A DNA stretch of 36,403 nt. Origin: Chiloscyllium plagiosum (lineage: Eukaryota). Positions 1-10,756 of the stretch are shown here, one piece after another. Positions within the stretch are counted from its first letter, which is position 1. The number at the start of each line of letters is the position of its first letter. Below the pieces are notes generated by a model, which was given only the letters and a program-made list of their open reading frames with translations, was not told the DNA's origin and searched no databases. Location of the stretch: positions 9,930,862-9,967,264 of the forward strand of contig NC_057752.1 in the NCBI RefSeq assembly GCF_004010195.1. The letters run 5' to 3'. A program made the translations under genes and the position numbers.

Positions 1-404
1 TTTGTCATAATTTTAATAAACTATTTTCTTATTTAATTCAGGTTGTATACCATGTGAGTATTTTTCACTTAACCAAAGAGTTTGCATAGACTTTATACAT
101 GGCTCCACAAATCTTACTTTTGCAACTCAGCACTTTATGTTTGAAACAAATCTGAAAGTCTATCATTTTTTAACAACCACTGTTCATGATTGGCACCACT
201 TATGCCCATTGGAGAAATAGAAATAAATAGTTACTGGGAAAGAGCTTATAGGATATGTCAGTTTATAATTATCATCTGTTATTCAATCTGGTACACTATG
301 CTGGTTGAATTAACATGACATTCAACTGGTTCCAGGTATACTTTTGCTGTGTAATACAGAACGTATTATAGTAGGAATTTATTAATAAACAGATGAAATT
401 GATG

Positions 405-1775
405 TAGGATAACAACTTCTGTAGTGGGGAAAATGCTTGAGTCTATTATCAGGAAAGAAATAGCAAGGCATCTAGTTAGAAATTGTCCTGCTGGACAGAT
501 GCAGCATGGGTTCATTAAGGACAGATCATGCTTAACTAATCTACTGGAATTATATGAAGACGTTACGAGCACGGTGGACAATAGATACACAGTAGATGTG
601 GTGTATCTAGATTTCCAAAAGGCATCCAGATGCCACACAAAAGGCTGTTGCGTATGATAAAGAGGCATGGCATTATGGGCAATGTATTAGCACAGACAGA
701 GGATTGGTTAACTAGCAGGAAGCAAAGAGTGGGGATAAATGAGTGTTTTTTTCTGATTGGCAATCAGTGAATAGTGGTGTGCCTCAGGGATCAGTATTGG
801 GACTGCAATTATTCATTATTTATATAAATGATTTGGAGTTGGGGACCATATGCAGTGTGTCAAAGTTTGCAGATGCAAAACGTGCAGAGGATTGTGAAAG
901 TTTGCAAAGGGACATAGTTTAAGTGAGTGGACAAAGGTCTGGCAGATGGAGTATAATGTTAATAAATGTGAAGTCATGCATTTTGGTAGGAGTAACAGTA
1001 AAAAGGACTACTCCTTGAATGGTAAAAAAAAATGCCAGCATGCTGCTGTGCAGAGGGACCTGGGTGTCCTTGTGCATGAATTACAGAAGGTTGGTCTGCA
1101 GGTGCAACAAGTAATTAAGAAGGCACATGGAATTTTGTACTTCGTTGCTGAAGGGATTGAGTTTAAAAGCAGGGAGGTTATGTTGCAACTGTACAGGGTG
1201 CTGGTGAGGCCACACCTGGAGTACTGTGTGCAGGTTTGGTCTCCTTACTTGAGAAAGGATGTACTGGCACTGGAGGGGGTGTAGAGGAGGTTCACTAGGT
1301 TGATTTTGGAGTTGCAGGGGTTAGTTTATGAGGAGAGACTGAGTAGACTGGGATTATATTAATTGGAATTTAGAAGAATGAGGGGGGATCTTACAGAAAT
1401 ACATAAAATTATGAAGGGAATAGGTAGGATTGAAATAGATATTTCCACTGGTGGGTGAAACTAAGACAAGAGGGCAAAGCCTCAAAATTAGGGGGAGCAG
1501 ATTTAGGACTAAATCGAGAAGGAATTTCTTCACCCAGAGGTTTGCGAATCTTTGGGATTCCCTGCCCAGTGAAGTGGTTGAGGCTTCCTCAGTAAATGTT
1601 TTTAAAGTTAAGATAGATAATTATTTGAACAGTAAAGGAATTAAGGGTTATGATGAGAGGGTGGGTAAGTGGAGCTGAGGCCATGAAAGGATCAGCCATG
1701 ATCTTATTGAATGGTGGAGCAGGCTCGAAGGGCCAGATGGCCTACTCCTGCTCCTAGTTCTTGTGTTTTTATAAA
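405..1775 (+). mobile_element. 5'-truncated, frameshifted CR1-type LINE (RT domain to 3' UTR)
   Basis: QHGF..RSCLTNL, VDVVYLDFQKA, LYRVLVRPHLEYCVQVWSPY; CR1 tail ...gggccagatggcctactcctgctcc. Confidence 0.95.
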
Positions 1776-1844
1776 ATGGATCATAGTGAGTCAGAAGCCT
1801 GTTTTATGCACTGCCTGGGTTTCTTTTCCACCAATCTCAATTCC

Positions 1845-2063
1845 AGCCTTGGATGACTGTCTGTGTGGAGTTTCTTCCGGGTGCTCCGGTTTCCTCCCAC
1901 ATTCCAAAGATGTGCAGGTTAGGTGAATTGGCCATGCTAAATTGCCCGTAGTGTTAGGTGCTTTGGTCAGAGGGAAATGGGTCTGGGTGGGTTACTCTTT
2001 GGAGGGTCGGTGTGGACTGGTTGGGCTGAAGGGCCTGTTTACACACTGTAGGGAATCTAATCA
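1845..2063 (+). mobile_element. HE1-type shark SINE, partial
   Basis: gactgtctgtgtggagtt...ccgggtgctccggtttcctcccac...gatgtgcaggttagg core; HER1-derived tail gaagggcctgttt...gtagggaatctaatc. Confidence 0.9.
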
Positions 2064-2348
2064 AGAGAAAATTGAGCAGTGAAAAAATGGGCTGTCAATC
2101 CTGTTTGTTTTAAGCAATTGAACAAGACCAAGTTTACTCCTACATTCATTTTTATGTAAAGTTAACAATTTTTTTTATTATTTAATAATCAGTTGTAGTT
2201 GAGTAAAATACCTTTTGTCTAATTTTACACACAGAGGAATGATACCTCATCGTCAATGGGCAATATAAAGGCTTGACACTGTACAATGTAACTATATTCC
2301 CATCACTGTGAGAACATTAATTAAACATTTTATGCTTCTGATTCTCAC

Positions 2349-2394
2349 TTTCTGGACTCATTCCATTGTTGGAGCTTTGTAACCAACAGAAGGA
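2349..2394 (-). CDS. Candidate downstream exon (46 nt) of the same gene
   Basis: Acceptor tgttttcactatacAG and donor AAA|gtgaga; open in phase 0 (SFCWLQSSNNGMSPE) and phase 1 (LLLLVTKLQQWNESR); splice signals only. Confidence 0.4.
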
Positions 2395-4122
2395 CTGTAT
2401 AGTGAAAACAATACCAAGCTGGGATTTCTTATATATTTTATTATGATCTTTATACAGAAAAAATCCACATTATCAATGAATTAGTTGTCACTCTTCAATC
2501 TATAAAATAACAGAAAAATATCAAAATTAACTGGAGAACAAATATTTATCAAAAGCCATACAATAAAATTGAGAACACTTTAGAAATAGCTGAGTATTCG
2601 TGAATACCTGAGATCTAAAATTAAATGACAAGTTTTGCCCGTCTATTTATATCCCCATAAGAGCCCTATGCTCCCCGTGTCACACATCATACCGTTGACA
2701 GGGCAATCTGAAAACTATCTTTCCTTGTACCTCTGTCTAACTGGTTTTATATGTATGAGAACAGAGTGGGTTGACTCATTCTTTCATCAAAGTTAAAAAT
2801 CACGCAACACCAGGTTATAGAATGATGAAAGAAAGATGTGGAGATGCCAGTGTTGGACTGGGGTGTGCAAAGTTAAAAGTCACACTACACCAGGTTATAG
2901 TCCAACAGGTTTATTTGGAAGCACTAGCTTTCAGAACGCTGCTCCTTCATCAGGTAGTGTGGAGCAGGACCATAATACACAGAATTTATAGCAAAAGATC
3001 ACAATATCATGCAACAGAAATGATATATTGCACAAACCTAGATTGTTGTTAAGTCTTACATCTTTTAGAATGGGTTGCAGGTTTCAGTTCATTAATACGT
3101 AAATCCCAGAACTTCTTTTAAGTCACATTCTCAAGATAACTAAAGTTTTTATAAAAAAAGTGACATCTCAGCTCAGACAATGCATTAAAGCTGTGAGGTT
3201 AGAGCTGTCTGATTTCCAAAGTGGAATTTATAAAATATTACATGGATTGACTGCCTGTAGATTGTGCAATTTTTGAGCAAAATAGAATGTACCTGCAAAT
3301 ATAGCTCTGCAAATACAAATTCACCCCTTAGACTTATATGTGCGTGCATGTGCATGAGAGAGAGAGTGTGTGAGTGCATGTGAGAGAATGTGTGTTTAAG
3401 CTTGGTAAAGTGCGTGTATGAGTGTGATGGAATATAAGCCTGTGAGAGGGTGTGCGCGTGGGTGAGTGTGTGGGGCGTGTATGTCTGTGTGTATGAGAGA
3501 GGGTCTGCGTGAGTGTGTGAGAATAGAAGAGAGTGTGTGTGTGTGTCCAAGGCGGACTTCGGGATGGGCAACAATGCAAAGTGGCTGAGCAGAGGCTGAT
3601 AGCCAAGTGCGGTACCGATGAGGATGGCCTCAACCAGGACCTTGGGTTCATGTCACATTACAGGTGACCCCACTACACTATACACTCTCTCACACACATA
3701 CACACAAGCACACACACACTCTTATATGCTCACTCACGTAGACCCTCTCTCATACACACACACACATATACCCCCCACACTCACAGGCTTCTTCTCCATC
3801 ACAATCACTCACACATTTTACCAGGTTTGCAAACACACACTATCATGTACTCACACGCACCTCACTCTATCTCTCTCTCTTTCTCTTCCATGCGCACGTG
3901 TGCGCACACACAGGTAACACACACACACACACATAAGTCTATGGGGTGAATTTGTAGTTGCAGAAACATTCTATTTTGCTCAAAAAATGCACAATCTGCA
4001 GGCAGTCAATCGATGTAATATTTTGTAAATTCCACTTTGGAAAGAGAACCAGTCTGACTCAAGATTGGGATACAGACAGATTCTAACCTCACACCTTTAA
4101 TGCATTGTCTGAGCTGAGATAG

Positions 4123-6005
4123 CCATAGAGTCAGAGAGATGTACAGCACAGAAACAGACCCTTCGGTCCAACTCGTCCATGCCAACCAGATATCCAATCT
4201 AGTCCCATCTGCCAGCACCCGGCCCATATCCCTCCAAACCCTTCCTATTCATATACACATCCAAATGCCTTTTAAATGTTGCAATTTACCAGCCTCCACC
4301 AATTCCTCTGGCAGCTCATTCCATACACGTACCACCCTCTGTGTGAAAAAGTTTCTTTTATATCTTTCCCCTCTCACCCTAAACCTATGCCCTCCAGTTC
4401 TGCACTCCCCCACCCCAGGAAATGACCTTGTCTATTTATCCTGTCCATGCCCATCATGATTTTATAAACCTCTATAAGGTCACCCCTCAGCCTCTGACAC
4501 TCCAGGGAAAACAGCCCCAGCCTATTCAACCTCTCTCTATAGCTCAAATCCTGCAACGGTGGCAATATCCTTGTACATCTTTTCTGAACCCTTTCAAGTT
4601 TCACAACATCTTTCCGATAGGAAGGAGACCAGAATTGCACGCAATATTCCAACAGTGGCCTAACCAATGTCCTGTACAGCCACAACATGACCTCGCAACT
4701 CCTGTAACCAATACTCTGACCAATAAAGGAAAGCATACCAAACGCCTTCTTCACTATCCTATCTATCTGCGACACCATTTTCAAGGAGCTATGAACCTGC
4801 ACTCCTAGGTCTCTTTGTTCAGCAACACTCCCTAGGACCTTACCATTAAGTGCATAAGTCCTGCTAAGATTTGCTTTCCCAAAATGCAGCACCTCACATT
4901 TATCTAAATTAAACTCCATCTGCCACTTCTCAGCCCATTGGCCCATCTGGTCCAGATCCTGTTGTAATCTGAGGTAACCCTCTTCGCTGTCCACTACACC
5001 TCCAATTTTGGTGTCATCTGCAAACTTACTAACTGTACCTCTTATGCTCGCATTCAAATCATTTATATAAATGATGAAACGTAGTGGACCCAGCACCAAT
5101 CCTTGTGGAACTCAATGGGTCACAGGGCTCCAGTTTGAAAAACAACCCTCCACCACCCTCTGTCTTCAATCATTGAGCCAGTTCTGTATCCAAATGGCTA
5201 GTTCTCCTTGTAGTCCATGAGATCTAACCTTGCTAACCAGTCTCCCAAGGGGAATCTTGTCGAAAGCCTTACTGATGTCCATATAGATCACATCTATATG
5301 CCCTCATCAATCCTGTTTGTTACTTCTTCAAAAAACTCAGTCAAATTTGTGAGACAGGATTTCCCACACACAAAGCCATGTTGACTATCCCTAATCAGTC
5401 CTTGCTTTTCCAAATACATGTACATCCTGTCCCTCAGGATTCCCTCCAACAACTTGCCCACCACCGACGTCAGGCTCACTGGTCTATAGTTCCCTGGCTT
5501 GTCCTTACCACCCTTTTTAAACAGTGGCACCACGTTAGCCAACCTCCAGTCTTCCAGCACCTCACCTGTGACTATCGATGATACAAATATCTCAGCAAGA
5601 GGCCCAGCAATCACTTCCCCAGCTTCCCACAGAGTTCTAGGGTACACCTGATCAGATCCTAGGGATTTATCCACCTTTATGCATTTCAAGACATCCAGCA
5701 CTTCCTCCTCTGTAATATGGACATTTTTCAAGACGTCATCATCTATTTCCCTACATTCTATACCTTCCATTTCCTTTCCCACCAGTAAACACTGATGCAA
5801 AATACTCATTTAGTATCTCCCCCATCTCCTGCAGCTCCACACAAAGTCCACCTTGCTGATCTTTGAAGGGCCCTATTCTCTCCCTCGTTACTCTTTTGTC
5901 CTTAATGTCCTTAACTCTATTTGCCAAAGCTATCTATGTCTCCTTTTTGCCCTCCTGATTTCTCTCTTCAATGTACTCCTACTGCCTTTATATTCTTCGA
6001 AAGAT
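4123..6005 (-). mobile_element. HER1/CR1 LINE, 5'-truncated, inserted into the Penelope arm
   Basis: ORFs 5294-5809 and 4374-5099 (NYRPVSLTS, QHGF, FADDTK, LEYCVQFWSP); HER1 tail; host arm rejoins as gagat^gtcac. Confidence 0.95.
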
Positions 6006-6220
6006 TTTGTCACCTTTTTTTTTAATAAAACCTTAAGTTATCTTGAGAATGTGACTTAAAAGAAGTTCTGGGATTTATATATTAATGAACCGAAACCTGC
6101 AACCCATTTTAAAAGATGAAGGACTTTACAACAATCTAGGTTTGTTCAATATATCATTTCTGTTGCATGACACTGTGATCTTTTGCTATAAATTCTGTGT
6201 ATTATGGTCCTGCTCCACAC

Positions 6221-6255
6221 TACCTGATGAAGGAGCAGCGTTCTGAAAGCTAGTG
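6221..6255 (+). ncRNA. Minimal hammerhead ribozyme motif in the pLTR (identical copy on minus strand at about 2922-2956)
   Basis: TAC-CTGATGA-A-GGAGC-agc-GTTCT-GAAA-GCTA-GTG: conserved core, stem II, 3-bp stem I, palindromic AGCT stem III. Confidence 0.65.
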
Positions 6256-6649
6256 CTTCCAAATAAACCTGTTGGACTATAACCTGGTGTAGTGTGACTT
6301 TTAACTTTGCACACCCCAGTCCAACACTGGCACCTCCACATCTTTCTTTCATCATTCTTTCCTTTGCTAATGAGGAGGCTCAGTTTTATCTGTTACTACA
6401 CCCTTGTGAAGAAACTTGCAATTAAAGGGAATTCTGGGCAAAAAAATACCAATGAACTATCACACCACGGAGCTAGTGTGCCCACACAATTCAGGGCTCT
6501 GCCTAACTATCCAATCTGCAGTGATGTCTCATAATCTGAGAGAGAAAATTACTCTGTACCAAGCAATTTATTGGGGTATCCAAGTAAGTTTTAAGTAAAA
6601 CAACCTCACCTCAATGTCACAACTGAAACATAAATATGTTGTCACTCAC

Positions 6650-6741
6650 GTTTATTTTTAATTCTTTGTGTTCCAGCCAGCTCACTAAGCTCTGCAATTT
6701 CATGTTCTAGGGTTGCAATTTCTGCATCTTTCTCCTTCAGG
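6650..6741 (-). CDS. Coding exon C2 (92 nt as assembled): (S)LKEKDAEIATLEHEIAELSELAGTQRIKNK
   Basis: Acceptor ttttcttacttttAG and donor |gtgagt; 16/30 aa identical to C1; one base longer than C1. Confidence 0.8.
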
Positions 6742-6899
6742 CTAAAAGTAAGAAAATGATCTGTACAGTAATTGTAGTATAAGGTTTACGTTGTATCTCT
6801 TGTTCTGGTGCGAGGCAGATAGCTTGTAACATTGAGTATAAATGTGATGTCAATAATATACAATCCAAAAATGCCTACCTGCCTGGAGTTTTAACCAAA

Positions 6900-7110
6900 G
6901 TTCCAATCCATCATCAAAAATGGTGAGCAAGAACAACCACCGAGAAAGAACAGTGAGAAAAACAGGGGAAGAGAAAAGGGCAGCTGCTCAAGCCAACAAT
7001 CTTCCATCATCAGTACCAACTTGCAAAGTATATTCTCATTGCAGGACAGCCTGTAAGGCTAAAACAGCACTCATAACCCACTGTACTGTGTACAGTCCTG
7101 GTCCCAATAT
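6900..7110 (+). mobile_element. Possible decayed RTE-type LINE C-terminal fragment
   Basis: Basic stretch followed by YSHCRTACKAKTALITH, resembling the RTE terminal CxxC..GL.SH knuckle. Confidence 0.4.
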
Positions 7111-7119
7111 AGAGTCAAA

Positions 7120-7480
7120 GATGACTTAATTGAAACGTAATATGAATTGACTGGGTGGATGTGGAAAAGGATGCTTCCTCTTGTGGGTGAATCTTGAACG
7201 AGGAGTCAGAATTTAAAAATAAGGTGCACCCATTTAAAACAGAAATGAGGAAATATTTTTCTCTAAGTTGAGAATCTTTGGAATTCTGTCCCTCAAAAGG
7301 CAGTGGATGCAGAATCTTTAAATATTTTGAAGACAGAGGTCGATAGACTCTTGATGACTAAGGCAATGAAAAGCTATTGGGGATATGCAAGAATATAGAG
7401 TGGAGGTTAAAATCAGGTCAGCTATGATCTTATTGAATGGCAGAGTGGCCTACTCTTGTTTCTTGTCTGCATGTTCAATG
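7120..7480 (+). mobile_element. CR1 LINE 3' fragment
   Basis: Similar to 1430-1770 (ctttggaattctgtccctcaaaaggcagtgg; atgatcttattgaatgg). Confidence 0.85.
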
Positions 7481-7622
7481 TTTATCATGACTTGAATAAA
7501 ACAGTGTAGAGATACACAGTTAAAACTTGGGGGCTATGAATTACGGGATTAGTATTTTCGATTAAAACAGCTTTACAAACATGAAATCAAATACATGATT
7601 TTCAGGTGATAAAATACTTTAC

Positions 7623-7660
7623 CTGTTTTCCAGTTGTTCCACTGCTTCTAATTTTGTGAG
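7623..7660 (-). CDS. Coding exon B2 (38 nt, phase 0-2): LTKLEAVEQLEN(S)
   Basis: Acceptor ttttttcccattattctAG and donor CAG|gtaaag; paralog of exon B1. Confidence 0.85.
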
Positions 7661-8394
7661 CTAGAATAATGGGAAAAAATAATATCATAATGGTGGAATG
7701 AGAAAATACCATTTGTCCCATTCAATTTTCTGTGTAAACCAGTTGTCGTTTCAGGACCTGTTTCACAATTTGTCATCTATTTCTAACCTTATATCTCTGC
7801 CCTGTACTCTTTAATAAGTACGGTAGTAACACTTTTATAGCACTTTTTTGTGCCACGCTTCAGTCCCTGCTTGGTTCAGTGTGAATAAGTTTTTATACTT
7901 AGCTGTTTCTTGAAATACAGGGTACTCAGACATAAACCAATATCTATATATAAACGCTGCTAGTTTATGAAATGAACCAACTAAGTGATGAATGCTTGTA
8001 TCATTACTGAATGAACTGAGCTTAATCTTTCAAATTTCCTTCTCCTTCCAGTGTAAAACACTGATCTATATTTGATACTCTCCATTGATAGCATGGCTAA
8101 TCTCTGCGAGCAATCATGGGTATGAAAGTGCATGCAACAGCAGCATTGCACAGCATGTTATTACACCAAATTGTGTTGTTCCAATGCTTGCTGTGAAAGA
8201 ATTATAAGAATATTCAGATTTAGTATTACAAATAGTTGTTTGGTAATACATAACTTGGAATATTGCTGTAAAAGATTTATTTTGTCAAAGCTTTTTATCT
8301 TGTACTGATCAGGACAATTTGCGAGAATACCAATAAAGGGGAAAACCAACATTTATTCTGTGTGAGAGAATGCAGAAGTTAATGATGATTGACT

Positions 8395-8794
8395 TGGCAG
8401 CCCTTTTTGAATTACATAAATACAGATATTTCGGCTATCCTAACAAGGGCTTTTATTTAATTGAGATTACAAACCTGGCTGGTCCGCGGCCCCTCGGGGG
8501 AGGAATCCCGCACGAATACGGGTTTTATCATATCTGATGCTAACACATCCCGAGCATGTAAGAGACTTAAATATACACCCTGGTTAGTTGTAGGTTAGAT
8601 TAGTAGATAGTTGAGTTTTGCTTGTTTGTTTTTTTTTCTTTTCGGGTTTTTTTTTGTTGTTTTGTTTTTTTTGTCAAATTTTGGCTATTGTATATTTGAG
8701 CTAATTGTATATCAATGTTTATATCTGAGAGTTTTGTTTATTTTTGTAAACTTGTAAAAATGTTAAATTTCTAATAAAAATATCTATTAAAAAA
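8395..8794 (+). mobile_element. 5'-truncated L1-type LINE 3' end with poly(A) and 14-bp TSD
   Basis: TSD aatgatgattgact at 8381-8394 and 8795-8808; ORF2 end WQPFLNYINTDISAILTRAFI*; T-rich UTR, aataaa at 8773, A tail. Confidence 0.85.
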
Positions 8795-10663
8795 AATGAT
8801 GATTGACTGTTGACAGCCAGGCTTTAAATTTCAAACCAGTAGGTACTGAATCAGCGAATAGCTGCTACTTATTTTTGAGTTAGAACAGGTGCAGAGTGTG
8901 CACATATGATCTTTCTGTCTGTAAATAAAAGGGCCCTGTGTATTAATATAAGTAGCTTTCAGTTTACATAAGTGCACCACATTGCAAAGTTGAATTGGTT
9001 GTCAGTGTAATTCTTCACTCACTCAGGATTTCTAGCAAGTGCTGTCCAAATGCAGAAGCACATCTAATGTTGGACAATGCATTGCGTGTTTGGCAAGCAC
9101 AGGCTGTTTGGACATGGTCATTACCTTGAACAGCCCGAGGGGTTTTCTGTTTGATAGAATGCATCAATCTTTGGGATGTACAGCCGACATACAGCTTTCA
9201 CGTCAGCAATGAAACTCATATACCACATTACTTATTTGTGTGATAGGCACAATGTCTTTTTGGCTTGATGACAATATCCTCTTAATGGTGGGCAACACCC
9301 ATCTTGTTATTGCATAATGAAACAACTAACCTCATTTGTTGCTGGAACATTTGCGATACTTTAACCTCCCTGGGTAACCTAAGGTAAACTGGCCACTCTT
9401 CAGGGCTCAGAGTAACTTTTCATGAGATTGAGTGATATACATCAACAAATGATCTTATCAAGGTACCTATTATCCTGCAGGCTGTGTTTGATCCTTCGCA
9501 TTTCAGCATCAGGTTTGCATGGTGAACAAATGACTTGAGCCCTATTTAGGTTAGCGATAATGCCACTTCTTAGCATTTTAACACTGTAATAATCCCAATG
9601 TGTATACAGACCAGTGAAGGTAGGTTTGTGGCAGACAGTAGTGGAGAACCCTTGGTTGACTTCTTTAACAGATCAAGGAAAGGCAGCTATTTTGATTATT
9701 CCATTTCAAATGTAAATTTGAGTATAGGAATGGACTCCATTAAGGCATAAAAGGACTTTCTTACATACAGCTGTGGTCTCAAATGTAGCAAACATTTCAT
9801 ATACATTTGGAAATCTGAAAGTGGTAGCAAGTTAAGTATCATTCAGTCAAATACGCATTTCTGATGGAATGCAAAGACATTTGTAAGAGCTGTGATTTGC
9901 AGGGTCTACAGTGTCGTACTATTTGTTTGGGTGTACATGATGACATTGAGCCTGAACTCAACTGCTGAGTTGATAATTTCAGTGAATACTGGTTGATACA
10001 ATGGTGATGGGTCAAGATCACTATGATGTAGAGCTACAACGTAGATGTCTTTGACTTCCTTCAGTAGTACATTGGTGAATAGCTAGCATTATCAAAGTTA
10101 AGAGGTGGTCTCTGAATTGCCATTAATATGCAAGTCCTGTGCAGTCCTCGCAAAGATGAAGGAATTCCTTCATCAAGTGGATAACCTGCTCAAAATGGTT
10201 GTAGCAATTCATCCAACCATTTGGCCAGTTCATGTTATGCAGAATCAATCAAAGATAGGCTGTAAAGGGACACAACTTTTGTGTCTTGGGCAGCCTGTAC
10301 ATAAGTGGCATTACATTGTATGGTGAAGGATTCCTTCAGCTTTGCGTATCTCTGATGGAATGGCATTTAACCTCCTCCCTCTTTCCATATATAGATGATG
10401 TTTGCAGAAAGCAAAGTACTGACCACACTCGAAAAGCCCACCCTGACAAAACCTGCAACATAGTGTCCAACGTTAGAAGTGATTCTGCAATTGGATAGTA
10501 TTTGCTGGATCATCTTGAGTGTCCAAAGAATTACACTGACAACCAATTCAGGATTGTCAGTTGGGCTTGCAGTGTGGTGCACCTACATGTGCTAGAACAT
10601 AATAATTACACAGGGCCAACTCTTTGTGGCAGACAGTAAGATCATGTGTATGCATTGCACCAG

Positions 10664-10756
10664 AGCTGAAAATGTGTTGCTGGAAAAGCGCAGCAGGTCA
10701 GGCAGCATCCAAGGAACAGGAGAATCGGCGTTTCGGACACAAGCCCTTCTTCAGGA
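10664..10756 (-). mobile_element. 93-bp PLE-derived mini-element with hammerhead core and 14-bp TSD
   Basis: TSD atgcattgcaccag at 10650-10663 and 10757-10770; minus strand CTGAAGA-A-GGGC-ttgt-GTCC-GAAAC; same family as 35006-35195. Confidence 0.85.

Larger units (their letters stand above)
2790..6343. mobile_element. Penelope-like element remnant with inverted pLTR arms (minus arm about 2837-3545; plus arm 3546-4120 + 6009-6341), split by a LINE
   Basis: 3548-3667(+) encodes a GIY-YIG C-terminus QGGLRDGQQCKVAEQRLIAKCGTDEDGLNQDLGFMSHYR*; arms are reverse complements; ttctttcatca at 2779-2789 and 6344-6354 is TSD-like. Confidence 0.8.

Noticed and set aside
2608..2614. 7-nt minus-strand microexon (ttttAG-ATCTCAG-GTattc)
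   Set aside because: Too short and weak to distinguish from chance
3185..3917. His/Thr-rich ORFs
   Set aside because: Translations of (CA)n/(TG)n microsatellite within the pLTR arms
4374..5809. Longest ORFs (241 aa and 171 aa) as host genes or an active reverse transcriptase
   Set aside because: They are frameshifted, truncated CR1/HER1 ORF2 fragments
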